Part shown: one piece after another, positions 1 through 17,469 of the stretch
How positions within the stretch are numbered: the stretch's first letter is position 1
Layout of the letters: every line of letters begins with the position of its first letter
Assembly: GCA_051294375.1 (NCBI GenBank)
Contig: CM119268.1
Coordinates: 14,147,037-14,211,036 of the forward strand
Origin: Paraspadella gotoi
Taxonomy: Eukaryota; Animalia; Chaetognatha
Direction: 5' to 3'
DNA length: 64,000 bases
Notes under the pieces: model-generated
Database searches by the model: none
What the model was told of the DNA's origin: nothing
The model's input: only the letters and a program-made list of their open reading frames with translations
Program-made: the position numbers and the translations under genes

Positions 1-485
1 ATAATTTTGTTTCAAAACAACTCAAATTACTCGATAAGAAGTAATTCGTCTTGAGAGGAATTAGATCAAATCAGCAATCTTATCGCCCTTTACTTTTCTT
101 TAATTCTTAATCTTCGATCGATTGTCTTCTCGAGATTAAGTCGGACGTAGAATCTATCAATTGGATTCGATTTTGGCAGGATAGGATTGAGGCGAGAGTT
201 TCGACACCAAAATTTACGAAACGCCGTTTAATACTCGTCTGCTCAACTAATAAAATCTTTGAGTTGACAGTATATACCGTACACGGATAATATTTTTTTC
301 ACTTCAGAAAGTCGAACCTTTTCTTCGAGAAAATATTTAAAGCTAACTTTCTTATTTTATACAGCGATCTAGACCTAAAGCTATCGAAGTTCAGATCCTG
401 AAGTCCAGGCCTTTAAAAACATAGATAATCCTATTTAATCCATCCGAGTTCAGATTTATTAATTATACTGTACAATATTCAAACA

Positions 486-2589
486 TTACAAATCCGACTG
501 GCTTTCTTTCGTCGTGTCGTCCTCCGGTTCTTTGGAACGACGCCAAAAAGGTTGGAAAACAACCATGAGGCCGTCCTTCACCGCCAAGGCGATCGTTTCC
601 CTTCTGTTGAATTCTTCGTGCACGGCTTCAGAGAGGACTCCTAGCGACGTCCAGAAGCATTTTCGAAACTAGAAATTGAGGATATAAATGGTTAAGTGGC
701 AACAAAATAGCAATGATAGCCAAACATTATAAACGCTGTCGCTGAGCTATAAACATTAAAAATACTGTTTCGATTTGGGGAAAAAAAATTAGTTAAGAAA
801 TATTGCCATAAATTGAATTATGAATCTAAAAAAATTTACAGATAGATATTTTCTGGTGGTTCTTTGCAATGAGACTGAAAATAATTCCAAACTTACAATG
901 GGATCGCATTTGAGCAGAATAAAGAGATTGAGGGAGGAGTAGAGCGTCGAGAAAAATCTGGACATTAGCCAAAGAATTGCGCTCTTCTGAACGAAGTGCG
1001 CCACGACGTAGGGAAAGTGGCTGAAGAATAATAATAAAAATGAAAATAATTGATAATAATTGATAATAATTGATAATAATTCTCAGTAGAGAGCGAAATC
1101 GTTTTGCATTGCAAAACATTGCCAAACCCTTAAAGGCTTAACTCGCCAGCAAAAGGCGGAGAGAAGCATGACGAGGACGTGGATCTTGAGTCGGTCCTCG
1201 AACCCGCCCACTCTCTTCACGTTGGCCTCCTGCATCCGCTGCTGCAGCGCCACCTTGATCGTCACCATCATCGCAGACGTCACCATCAACATCGTCAAAC
1301 AGCAGACGGCGTAGAGGCCGCCGAGGAATTGATGAACCTGAATGGATTTTGACGCAAAATGAAAAACGTTCCAATTTCTGATTCTTCTCCGCAATCACAA
1401 ATTCGTATTCGCTGCTTCATTTTGCTTGAATTTATTATTTGAGAATTATTCGATTATTGTAGGTTTAATTCTGTGACTATGAAATACACCATCACATCTA
1501 CATTTTTAGAATTATTATACCACCTCATTGATAGGGAAGCCAGATTCTCTGGGGGTGAATAAACGTGACTGTGCGAGAGTCTTGATTGAAAGCTTACAGG
1601 GACCCTGCTATGTCATTATCTTTTAAGAGTGATGGGGGCCTTAAACCACCAAAGCCAGTCCGAAGTCAAGGGCAAGATCCCTTATTTATTAATTGAATGG
1701 TTGTACCAATTTCATGTCACAACAACGTCGACAACAACTCCAAACGCTCTCGTCTCACGATTCTCGGCGCGGTGAAGACGGTGATCCACATGACGGTGAC
1801 GTAAGTGGCGGGGAAGAGGATCCCGCAGAAGAAGGATTCAACGACGATGCACTTGACCGGCTTAATCTGATCCGCACGGGCGAAGTTCAAGTCGTTCATG
1901 GAGAGGGCGCGCACCTTTTTGGGTAATGGCGGTGAGTTAAGACAACAGGGAGAATCGTGAGCTTTTATAGTTATTAGAGAAAATATCGTGAATAAGGAGC
2001 TAGAAGTTGGCTGAAGATGACTTTCCTGACCGCCATGAAAAGGGCCATCGGTTTGAAACCAAGCTTGGATCATTAGTTGATAGCTTTCGTCAACGAGACA
2101 CTGGGGTCACTACTGGAGATACGGTCTATTATTGACCGGGTGAACTTGGACAATATAATAAAATAAAACTGAAACTGGGGATTTTTTATTTTTTTTTTCC
2201 CTCACGATTCCGATGTAGACGACGAAGTTGAGCGTCGTGCATTTCGTCAAGAACCAATCGAGACACACGATTTGGACGCTCTCGCAATCCCCTGCGATTG
2301 GAGAAAATATCAATCAATCGATCAATAAATTAATCAATAAATCAGTCAACCAATAAAATTAAGATTGAAACAAAAAATCAATCAAATGAAAAATGAAACA
2401 ATTAATCAATAAAATCAATAAAATCAATACAAATGATAAAATCAATAAATCAACCATTCAATTCATTCAATCAATCAATCAATCAATTGATCAATCAATC
2501 ACTCAAATCAATCAATCAAATAAAAATGATAAAATCAATCAATCAAATCAATCAATGAATCAATCAAATTAATCAATCAGTCAATCAAT

Positions 2590-2661
<72 letters not shown>

Positions 2662-3242
2662 TCCTGCTCGATCTTACCCTTAATCATCGGCAGAGCGCAA
2701 ATCCCTCTATCAAAGTGAGTGTCGTTGCTGATGTTCCTCACTCTCTCGTCCCTGATGGATTTGCTCTCCACGTCGAAGTTGGCGCGATACCCGTCCGCCC
2801 CGAAAATCTTGACNNNNNNNNNNNNNNNNNNNNNNNNNNNNNNNNNNNNNNNNNNNNNNNNNNNNNNNNNNNNNNNNNNNNNNNNNNNNNNNNNNNNNNN
2901 NNNNNNNNNNNNNNNNNNNNNNNNNNNNNNNNNNNNNNNNNNNNNNNNNNNNNNNNNNNNNNNNNNNNNNNNNNNNNNNNNNNNNNNNNNNNNNNNNNNN
3001 NNNNNNNNNNNNNNNNNNNNNNNNNNNNNNNNNNNNNNNNNNNNNNNNNNNNNNNNNNNNNNNNNNNNNNNNNNNNNNNNNNNNNNNNNNNNNNNNNNNN
3101 NNNNNNNNNNNNNNNNNNNNNNNNNNNNNNNNNNNCTCCTCGTCAGCGCGTGAATGATGAGAGAGTTACAGGCGACGGAGAAGAGAGCGAGAACGAGCTC
3201 GGGGATCATGAGCAGGCGGAGCGGTTGGTCGTATAGGCCCAT
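486..3242 (-). CDS. Divergent rhodopsin-like (class A) 7TM GPCR, copy 1, 7 exons (~350 aa)
   Basis: Exons: 3242..(N gap), (gap)..2678, 2291-2206, 1914-1759, 1337-1147, 1020-897, 668-486; all readable junctions keep frame. Motifs: TM1 (ELVLALFSVACNSLII), TM2 LACLD (read from copy 2), TM3 ending GIVRA, TM6 SAFCCHFPY, TM7 LYSSLNLFILL, helix 8 FRKCFW, stop TAA at 486-488. Confidence 0.8.
1526..1715. mobile_element. Dispersed ~190 bp repeat in GPCR intron 4
   Basis: The reverse complement occurs at 31604-31795, with partial copies at ~31916-31981 and ~35910-35970 and the duplicated copy at ~10037-10225. Confidence 0.8.
2312..2660. repeat. (ATCA)n microsatellite in a GPCR intron (also ~10822-11177)
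   Basis: Degenerate to perfect aatc tetramer run, seen directly. Confidence 0.95.
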
Positions 3243-5332
3243 GACGAAAACAGGGGGGGGGATGGCAGGAGGAGGTGAGTTTAGGATCGAGGAAGATAGA
3301 AAAGGGATGGGGAAAAGTAAAGGGAAGGTGGAAGCTTAAAGAGAGAGAGAGAGGGTTAAGGATATAAAAAAGAAAGAAAGAATAGGAAAAGGTTAGGAGA
3401 ATAAAAAAAAATTAAAGGAGTTTCCGAACGGAATTTTTTTTTTTTATTTGTAAGCGAGGCGGATTTTCTTATGGCTTCGATGGCAACGCAATAATCTTTG
3501 CCACTTAGTTTTAGCCGAGGGGAAATTCCGGGTGGATTTTTTNNNNNNNNNNNNNNNNNNNNNNNNNTCTGGGGGGGGGGGAATGTCCCGTGTGAATGAG
3601 TCGAGAAAAAAAAAGATCGTCAACGGCCGGGTTTTCTTTTTCAATTAGTCATCGAAATAGTTTATTGTTTACCAAAAAAAAAAACTTATTAGTGAGGAGC
3701 AGAGCTTTACTAAAAGGAAAAGTCTTTGGTTACGATGTACTGTCAGCGTCACCTCCTCGGGTATTTTTCTCATTGATTCAAAAAAAGAAAAGAGAATCAG
3801 CGAAAAAGGAGCAAAACAGTTGATCGACTTATCGCTGAACTGGTTACAAACGCAGACCCTCATAATTTTAATTCCTCTCAGTGAATCGCGCTATTCGGAC
3901 AGTATTCACGTTAGGATATTGATTATTGCGAAATAAACTAATTCAATCACTATTTACGAAAGATAAACATTTTATTACTATCAAGAATGTTGTGGCTTTG
4001 AAAAATAAATTAAAAATAATATTTACAATCGTTAAAAAGACAATAGCGCCTTTAACTTTTATGAGCAATATTGTGAAAAAAATTTAATAAAAAAAGTCAA
4101 ATATTGTAAAGAAAGTGGAACCTTTTAAAAGGAAGAAGAGAAAATACGTAATAACGCCCTGCGGAATTCAAGACATCTTCACGTTTCTTTCGGCCCGCGA
4201 AGAGTCTCTTAGGGAAAATTTTGATCCGATAAGATTCCCCCCCCTCAATCCCCCCCCCCGACTTTTCCTCTCTCGGGTTTTACATCCACCCCCCCCCTTT
4301 CGACGTCCCCGCTTTTCCGCTCTCCTCGCGACACTTTTCTTGAACCGCGTTTTATGTTCCACGTAAAAAACAAAAAAGCTTCCGTGTTCCGCCGACTGAT
4401 GTCAGCGCCAGTCGTCTCCTCGAACCGAGAACGAAATAAAAACAAAAGGGGCGAGAAGAGCGGGGAGTGAGGAAAGACGTTTACGAGCGATAATCGCCAG
4501 CGCCATCTATCTTCTTCTTTTTATGTTTTTTTTTTTCTCTTTCTCTTTCTCCTTTGGAGATGGTGTCTGTGTTTTTCCGCGAGGCGCGCCGCGTCCGGGG
4601 ATGTCGATGGGCCGCGTGGCGAGATGGTGAGGATGGGGCAATCTGAGTGAGAAGATGGTGAGCGGGTTGGACCGAAAGATGGCGTCTTTCAGGAAGGAGA
4701 CTGATATTTTGTAAGTAAAACAGAGGAATATATATTATATATTACTATATGGGCTGTTGGTTTATGTTGTACTATTAATTTTTAATGGAAAATTTGAAAC
4801 TAACTAAAGTTGTTCGTTACTTCAAGGATAAACGTACGCTTGAAAATGGTTTTTTTTCGGTCACAAATTTCTATGAAAAATATATAATGTTTTATTTTCG
4901 TTCTTGTATATCGCGTATTATCGTGACGCGGTATACGGTAACGTCAGCACTCTCCTATTAACTTCTTGTTACAAACAAAAAATAACTTTATTTAAAAAGA
5001 GGAACCGTTTATTTTCCGACAGTCAATCAATGGCAATGCAGTTCATGAAGCATTAGTAAACAAACGTTAAATCAGCATTCAACAACGATGTTACGTTGAG
5101 GCACCAAAACTACGTTAAGAAACAGAAAAACAAATTTTGAAGTCAGCGCTCGCGACGAATGAATCGCAAAAGTGAACGGCAGTGACGCGACTGACGCCGG
5201 CAATGACGGAATCGAAAGATGGCGCCAGGGAAGAAACCAATGCAAACGACATCATTTTCCCGGCGCCAACGAAGGACGCCGACGTCCGCCGGCGCCACCG
5301 ACGATGCCAAAGGCGAGGATTCTCCGCCGGCG

Positions 5333-5993
5333 TCACCGCCTGTCATCTCTTCGACTCAACTCTTCCTCCATGAGGCGGAACGAGGGCCTCTTGTGAGAAT
5401 CTTTTCGTTCCAACATCGAAGAAGAAGAGCGTAGATGTCGCGCGCCTATCGACTCCGGACGTGGAAAGACGATAACCTGAAAGAGAATCCTGCCTCGGTT
5501 ACGTATAATTCTTTCTTTGATGTGGGTCTTTATTTAAGCTTCACACGCTCACTCTATCTCACTCTCTGACGGGGCGATGTGAAAATGTATGTACTATACC
5601 CCGCTTTGTAATGCTAATCGAAACGTATTGTAATGCTAAATACGTCTTTCTTTCGTCAGTTAAATTTATTGCGTGAAAGAAAGTTGAGTTGAAAAAAAAA
5701 AAAATTATAAAACCACAAAAGAATTTTTATATCGACGTTTCTCCACCCCACATATAAAAGCGAAGCAGAATTGGGGAATTTTCCATCAGCCCTGAACACC
5801 AACTTCCTTATCACGTTCTGTCCTATCATCTCCCCCTATTTCTCAAACGCCTCCTCTTTTTAATCTCTTTCCCCCCCTCCCCTCCCCTCACCCCCGAAAT
5901 AAGTAAACCAAAAGTGACTCGGAACAAAATAGATTCGCGTAGAATCAGAATATCCCGGCAATTATTATCAACAACATTCTTTCACCGTTTTCT

Positions 5994-6063
<70 letters not shown>

Positions 6064-6200
6064 CCTCTCTCTCTCTCTCTCTCGCCTGTTTGGAGGAGAG
6101 CGAGAATTCGGAATTTCTTTTCCGAAATAGGGCGTGTCCCCGCGCGTTGTAGATCTCGTAACACGTGATCCCGAAACTCCATACGTCGCTTTTGATGCTG
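5333..6200 (-). pseudogene. Duplicate of the last two tyrosine kinase exons only
   Basis: SIKSDVWSFGITCYEIY and GYRLPRPE...CW...RPSF exons are repeated here with indels; upstream exons are absent because the duplication stops at ~6313. Confidence 0.7.
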
Positions 6201-6322
6201 CCAACGAGTTTGTAAACAAACCATGTTTAAGATAACGTTAATCAGGTTCATTTGTTTTACATGACCGTATTTAACTTTTTAATATTTTAGTTTTCCAGTT
6301 ATTGTCATTGTTATCTCTCTCT

Positions 6323-7264
6323 TAAAAAAAAACTTATTAGTGAGGAGCAGAGCTTTACTAAAAGGAAAAGTCTTTGGTTACGATGTTACTGTCAGCGTCA
6401 CTCTCGGTATTTTTCTCATTGATTCAAAAAAAGAAAAAGAGAATCAGCGAAAAAGGAGCAAAACAGTTGATCGACTTATCGGCTGAACTGGTTACAAACG
6501 CAGACCCTCATAATTTTAATTCCTCTCAGTGAATCGCGCTATTCGGACAGTATCACGTTAGGATATTGATTAATTGCGAAATAAACTATTCAATCACTAT
6601 TTACGAAAGATAAACATTTTATTTACTATCAAGAATGTTGAGCTTTGAAAAATAAATTAAATAATATTTTACAATCGTTAAAAAGACAATAGCGCTTTAA
6701 CTTTTATGAGCAATATGCTGAAAAAAATTTAATAAAAAAGTCAAATATTGTAAAAGAAAGTGGAACCTTTTAAAAGGAAGAAGAGAAAATACGTAATAAC
6801 GCCCTGCGGAATTCAAGACATCTTCACGTTTCTTCGGCCCGCGAAGAGTCTCTTAGGGAAAATTTTGATCCGATAAGATNNNNNNNNNNNNNNNNNNNNN
6901 NNNNNNNNNNNNNNNNNNNNNNNNNNNNNNNNNNNNNNNNNNNNNNNNNNNNNNNNNNNNNNNNNNNNNNNNNNNNNNNNNNNNNNNNNNNNNNNNNNNN
7001 NNNNNNNNNNNNNNNNNNNNNNNNNNNNNNNNNNNNNNNNNNNNNNNNNNNNNNNNNNNNNNNNTTTTTCTTGAACCGCGTTTTATGTTCCACGTAAAAA
7101 ACAAAAAGCTTCCGTGTTCCGCCGACTGATGTCAGCGCCAGTCGTCTCCTCGAACCGAGAACGAAATAAAAACAAAAGGGGCGAGAAGAGCGGGGGAGTG
7201 AGGAAAGACGTTTACGAGCGGATAATCGCCAGCGCCATCAATCTTCTTCTTTTATGTTTTTTTT
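6323..7264 (+). repeat. Third, indel-rich copy of ~3673-4535 / ~12102-12965
   Basis: The same sequence (aacttattagtgaggagcagagc ... aatcgccagcgccatc) is repeated, interrupted by and ending at N gaps. Confidence 0.9.
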
Positions 7265-8972
7265 NNNNNNNNNNNNNNNNNNNNNNNNNGAGAGAGAGAG
7301 AGAGCGAGAGAGAGAAGAGAGAGACAATGGTTTGGATGGGGGTGGAAGACTCAGAAGGATAAAACGGTGGGGGCCGGAAGAAAGCAAGGTGGAAATGATA
7401 TCGCGTGTTGTTGTTGTCCGTTCGTTGACGTCGTCTTCGCCGGTGGTAGTCCGTCCGTCGACCGCTAATGCGTTGGAGAGAATCGAGCGGGTGACGCCTT
7501 CCTTAAATTCCCTTTAATGTAAATCGGTTGTTCGTCGTCGCTCGCGTTGTTATTTGTTTGGTGAAACGTCGTTGCGGCTAAGATGCAAGGGAAGTCAACC
7601 CTCGTTAACTTTATCGATGTGTTCGTGTCTGACGAGAGAGTAGTCAATTCAGCCTACGATGCGTTGTTGTCGGATTTCAGTTTTCCCCTTTTTTAAATGT
7701 ATTTTGTATTTATGTACGATACATATTTAAAAAAATGGAGAAGGACAATTTTTTGTTTCCGACAACTATTCGGCTAATTTGCACTGAAAATTGAAACAAG
7801 GAGAAGAGAGAGAAGAGAGAGAGAGAAGATGAAGAGAGAGAGAGAGAGAGAGAGGGGAGAGAGAGAGAGAGAGAGGGATGAGATAGGTGTGGTGTGAGAC
7901 AGAGAGTAAAGATAGTAAGGTCAAAAATTAAATAAATGTTAAAAATTTAATTTTTCTAATATATCTAGGAATATATAGAGCCACATTGTTGTTTGTTTTA
8001 AATTTTTTAAGTATCCATATCACGTATATTGTAATTTGGAATTAAACCAATTTGATCATCATCTTCCTCATTCTCTCACTCGTGGCGGAATTCGACGCCT
8101 ATCGTTTCGCCTTGGGAGGAACGTCTTTGGAACTCGTTTGCGTGATATCTCGACAAAAGGTTCGTTTTAACCGACGCCAGTAGTCCCGACACACGATCTT
8201 GAAGACGACGTCGAACGCTTCTTCGTCGTCATGGCGACAAGTGTGTTCTTTCGTCTGATCCGTGTTCCGTGGGGTTTCACGCAAAAAACTTTTGGCCATT
8301 TATAAAACTAATATTTCTTATTATTTAGTTTTCACGAATATTTAAAAAATGAGTCGGAGTAGACAAGCAACGATTAAACAATCATAACGTGTAATGAAAA
8401 AATTGGCCAGAGAGCTTTTTGTGCGAGGAATGAACTTTCTTAAAGTCATGAAAACCAAAAATGATCGAAATGGAGATTAAAATTTTTTTCAAACACAACT
8501 CAAATTACTTCGATAAGAAGTAATTCGTCTTTGAGAGGAATTAGATAAATCAAGCAATCTTAATCGCCCTTACTTTTCTTTAATTCTTATATTTCGATCG
8601 ATTGTCTTCTCGAGATTAAGTCGGACGTAGAATCTTCAATTGGATTCCGATTTTTGGCAGGATAGGATGAGGCGAGTAGTTCGACAACCAAATTTACGAA
8701 ACGCCCGTTTAATAACTCGCTGCTCAACTAATAAAATCTTTGAGTGACAAGTATATACCGTTACAAGGTATAATATTTTTTTCACTTCAGAAAGTCGAAC
8801 CTTTTTCTTCGAAGAAAATATTTTAAAGCTAACTTTTTCTTATTTTATACAGCGATCTAGACCTAAAGCTATCGAAAGTTCAGAATCCTGAGTCCAGCCT
8901 TTAAAAAACAATAGATAATCCATATTTAAATCCATCCGATTTCAGATATAATTATACTGTCAATATTCAACA

Positions 8973-11102
8973 TTACAAATCCGACATGGCCTTTCTTCGT
9001 CGTGTCGCCTCCGGTTCTTTTGGAACGACGCCAAAAAGGTGGAAAACAACATAGGCCGTCCTTTTCAAACCGCCAAGGCGAATCGTTTCCCCTTCGTTGA
9101 ATTTCTTCGTTCACGTGCTTCAAGAGAGACCCTATGCGACGTCCAGAAGCATTTTTCGAAACTAGAAATTGAGGATATAAATGGTTAGTTGGCAACAAAA
9201 TAGCAATGATAGCCAAACATTATTAAAACGCTGTCGCTGACTATATAAACATTAAAATATCTGTTTCGATTTGGGAAAAAAATTAGTTAATGAAATATTG
9301 CCATAAATTGAATCATGAATCTAAAAAAAATTACAGATAGATATTTTCTGTGGTGTCTTGAATGACGGAGAAAGGTGCAACCTGAATAATCCCAAACTAC
9401 AATGGCGATCGCATTTGAGCAGAATAAAGAGATTGGGGGAGAGAGCGTCGAGAAAAATCTGGACATAGCCAGAAGAATTGCGCTCTTCTGAAACGAAGTG
9501 CGCCACGACGTCAGGGAAAGTGGCTGAAGAATAATAAATTAAAAATGAAATGAATTGATAATAATGATAATAATTGATAATAATTCCAGTAAGAGGAAAA
9601 TCGTTTGCATTGCCAAACATTCCAAAACCTCTAAAGCTTAACTCGCACAGCAAAGAGCGGAGAGAAGCATGAACGAGGGACGTGGATTTCTTTGAGTCGG
9701 TCCTCGAACCCGCCCACTCTTCTTCACGTTGGCCTCCGCATCCGCTGCTGCAGCGCCATCCTTGATTCGTCACCATCATCGCAGACGTACCTCACATCGT
9801 CAAACAGCAGACGGCGTAAGGCCGCCGAGAATTGATGAACCTGAATGGATTTGACGTTCAAAATGACAAAACGTTGCCAATTTTCCATGATCTTCTCCGC
9901 AATCACAAAATTCGTATTCGACTGGCTTCATTTTGCTTGAATTTATTATTGAGAATTATCGATTATTGTAGGTTTAATTCTGTGACTATGTGAAATACAC
10001 CATCACATCTACATTTTTTGAATTATTATACCACCTCATTGATAGGGAAGCCAGATTCTCTGGGGTGAATAAACGTGACTGTGCGAGAGTCTTGATTGAA
10101 AGCTTACAGGGACCTGCTATGTCATTTATCTTTTAAGAGTGATGGGGCCTTAAACCACCAAAGCCAGTCCGAAGTCAGGGGCAAGATCCCTTATTTATTA
10201 TTGAATGGTTTGTACCAATTTCATGTCACAACAACGTCGACAACAACTCCAAACGCTCTCGTCTCACGATTCGTCGGCGCGGTTGAAGACGTGATCCACA
10301 TGACGGTGACGTAAGTGGCGGGGAGAAGGATCCCGCAGAAGAAGGATTCAACGACGATGCACTTGACCGGCTTAATCTGATCCGCACAGGGCGAAGTTCA
10401 AGTCGTTCATGGAGAGGGCGCGCACCTTTTTGGGTAATGGCGGTGAGTTAAGACAACAGGGAGAATCGTGAGCTTTTTATAGTTATTAGAGAAAATATCG
10501 TGAATAAGGAGCTAGAAGTTGGCTGAAATGACTTTCCTGACGCCATGAAAAGGGCCATCGTTTGATAACCAAGCTTGGATCATTATGTTGATATGCTTTC
10601 GTCAACGAGACACTGGGGTCACTAACTGGAGATACAGTCTATTATTGACCGGGTGAACTGGACAATATAATAAAATGAAACTGAAACTGGGGATTTTTTA
10701 TTTTTTTTTTTCCTCACGATTCCGATGTAGACGACGAAGTTGAGCGTCGTGCATTTCGTCAAGAACCAATCGAGACACACGATTTTGGACGCTCTCGCAA
10801 TCCCCTGCGATTGGAGAAAATATCAATCAATCGATCAATAAATTAATCAATAAATCAGTCAACCAATAAAATAAAGATTGAAAAAAAAAATCAATCAAAT
10901 GAAAAATGAAACAATTAATCAATAAAAATCAATAAAAATCAATACAAATTAAAATCAAAAAAATAAATTCAACCATTCAATCATTCAATCAATCAATCAA
11001 ATCAATCACTCAAATCAATCAATCAAATAAAAATGATTAAATCAAATCATCAAATCAATCAATGAATCAATCAAATTAATCAATCAGTCATCAATCAATC
11101 AT

Positions 11103-11144
<42 letters not shown>

Positions 11145-11433
11145 TCAATCAATCAATCAATCAAATCAATCATCAATTCCTGCTCGATCTTACCTTAATC
11201 ATCGCAGAGCGCAAATCCCTCTATCAAAGTGAGTGTCGTTGCTGATGTTCCTCACTCTCTCGTCCCTGATGGATTTGCTCTCCACGTCGAAAGTTGGCGC
11301 GATACCCGTCCGCCCCGAAAATCTTGACCAGGGCGAGAGAATGTCGAGGCCTGAAACGAGAGTCTGGAATTATTTTTTAAAACTTATTTCTGGAAAAAAA
11401 TACAAAATGAATGCTTTAAATCTATCTCTGATT

Positions 11434-11526
<93 letters not shown>

Positions 11527-11692
11527 AACGGCGTACTCACAGGCGAGAATGACGAGTCTGACCGATTGAGCCGTCAGGCGCCGCCTCCTCGTCAGCGCGT
11601 GAATGATGAGAGAGTTACAGGCGACGGAGAAGAGAGCGAGAACGAGCTCGGGGATCATGAGCAGGCGGAAGCGGTTGGTCGTATAGGCCCAT
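8973..11692 (-). CDS. Same GPCR gene, copy 2 (many single-base indels; probably a noisy assembly copy)
   Basis: Collinear with 486-3242 at an offset of ~8.45 kb. It supplies the exon 1/exon 2 sequence that falls in the N gap of copy 1 (LTRRRRLTAQSVRLVILA|CLDI...). Frameshifts are dense at 9000-10300. Confidence 0.65.
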
Positions 11693-13766
11693 GACGAAAA
11701 CAGGGGGGGGATGGCAGGAGGAGGTGAGTTTAGGATCGAGAGATAGAAAAGGGATGGGGAAAAGTAAAGGAAGGTGGAATAGCTTAAAGAGAGAGAGAGA
11801 GGGTTAAGGATATAAAAAAAGAAAGAAAGAATAGGAAAAGGTTAGGAGAAATAAAAAAAAATTAAAGGAGTTTCCGAACGGAAATTTTTTTTTTTTATTT
11901 TGAAGCGAGGCGGATTTTCTTATGGCTTTTCGATGGCAACGCAATAATCTTTGCCAACTTAGTTTTAGCCGAGGGGAAATTCCGGGTGGATTTTTTTCTG
12001 GGGGGGGGGGAATGTCCCGTGTGAATGAGTCGAGAAAAAAAAAGATCGTCAACGGCCGGGTTTTCTTTTTCAATTAGTCATCGAAATAGTTTATTGTTTA
12101 CCAAAAAAAAAAACTTATTAGTGAGGAGCAGAGCTTTACTAAAAGGAAAAGTCTTTGGTTACGATGTACTGTCAGCGTCACCTCCTCGGGTATTTTTCTC
12201 ATTGATTCAAAAAAAGAAAAGAGAATCAGCGAAAAAGGAGCAAAACAGTTGATCGACTTATCGCTGAACTGGTTACAAACGCAGACCCTCATAATTTTAA
12301 TTCCTCTCAGTGAATCGCGCTATTCGGACAGTATTCACGTTAGGATATTGATTATTGCGAAATAAACTAATTCAATCACTATTTACGAAAGATAAACATT
12401 TTATTACTATCAAGAATGTTGTGGCTTTGAAAAATAAATTAAAAATAATATTTACAATCGTTAAAAAGACAATAGCGCCTTTAACTTTTATGAGCAATAT
12501 TGTGAAAAAAATTTAATAAAAAAAGTCAAATATTGTAAAGAAAGTGGAACCTTTTAAAAGGAAGAAGAGAAAATACGTAATAACGCCCTGCGGAATTCAA
12601 GACATCTTCACGTTTCTTTCGGCCCGCGAAGAGTCTCTTAGGGAAAATTTTGATCCGATAAGATTCCCCCCCCTCAATCCCCCCCCCCGACTTTTCCTCT
12701 CTCGGGTTTTACATCCACCCCCCCCCTTTCGACGTCCCCGCTTTTCCGCTCTCCTCGCGACACTTTTCTTGAACCGCGTTTTATGTTCCACGTAAAAAAC
12801 AAAAAAGCTTCCGTGTTCCGCCGACTGATGTCAGCGCCAGTCGTCTCCTCGAACCGAGAACGAAATAAAAACAAAAGGGGCGAGAAGAGCGGGGAGTGAG
12901 GAAAGACGTTTACGAGCGATAATCGCCAGCGCCATCATCTTCTTCTTTTTATGTTTTTTTTTTTCTCTTTCTCTTTCTCCTTTGGAGATGGTGTCTGTGT
13001 TTTTCCGCGAGGCGCGCCGCGTCCGGGGATGTCGATGGGCCGCGTGGCGAGATGGTGAGGATGGGGCAATCTGAGTGAGAAGATGGTGAGCGGGTTGGAC
13101 CGAAAGATGGCGTCTTTCAGGAAGGAGACTGATATTTTGTAAGTAAAACAGAGGAATATATATTATATATTACTATATGGGCTGTTGGTTTATGTTGTAC
13201 TATTAATTTTTAATGGAAAATTTGAAACTAACTAAAGTTGTTCGTTACTTCAAGGATAAACGTACGCTTGAAAATGGTTTTTTTTTCGGTCACAAATTTC
13301 TATGAAAAATATATAATGTTTTATTTTCGTTCGTGTATCGCGTAGTATCGTGACGCGGTATACGGTACGTCAGCACTCTCCTATTAACTTCTTGTTACAA
13401 CAAAAAATAACTTTATTTAAAAAGAGGAACCGTTTATGTTTCCGACAGTCAATCAATGGCAATGCAGTTCATGAAGCATTAGTAAACAAACGTTAAATCA
13501 GCATTCAACAACGATGTTACGTGAGGCACCAAAACTACGTTAAGAAACAGAAAAACAAATTTTGAAGTCAGCGCTCGCGACGAATGAATCGCAAAAGTGA
13601 ACGGCAGTGACGCGACTGACGCCGGCAATGACGGAATCGAAGATGGCGCCAGGGAAGAAACCAATGCAAACGACATCATCGTCCCGGCGCCAACGAGGAC
13701 GCCGACGTCCGCGGCGCCACCGACGATGCCAAAGGCGTCTTCCTCGACGAGGATTCTCCGCCGGCG

Positions 13767-17469
<3,703 letters not shown>

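Larger units (their letters stand above)
1..6313 (+). repeat. Segmental direct duplicate of ~8481-14744 (GPCR plus last two kinase exons)
   Basis: Identical ORFs occur at an offset of 8429 (4115..4366 = 12544..12795; 3596..3823 = 12025..12252). Similarity runs from the window start to ...gtcattgtt at ~6312/14744. Confidence 0.95.
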
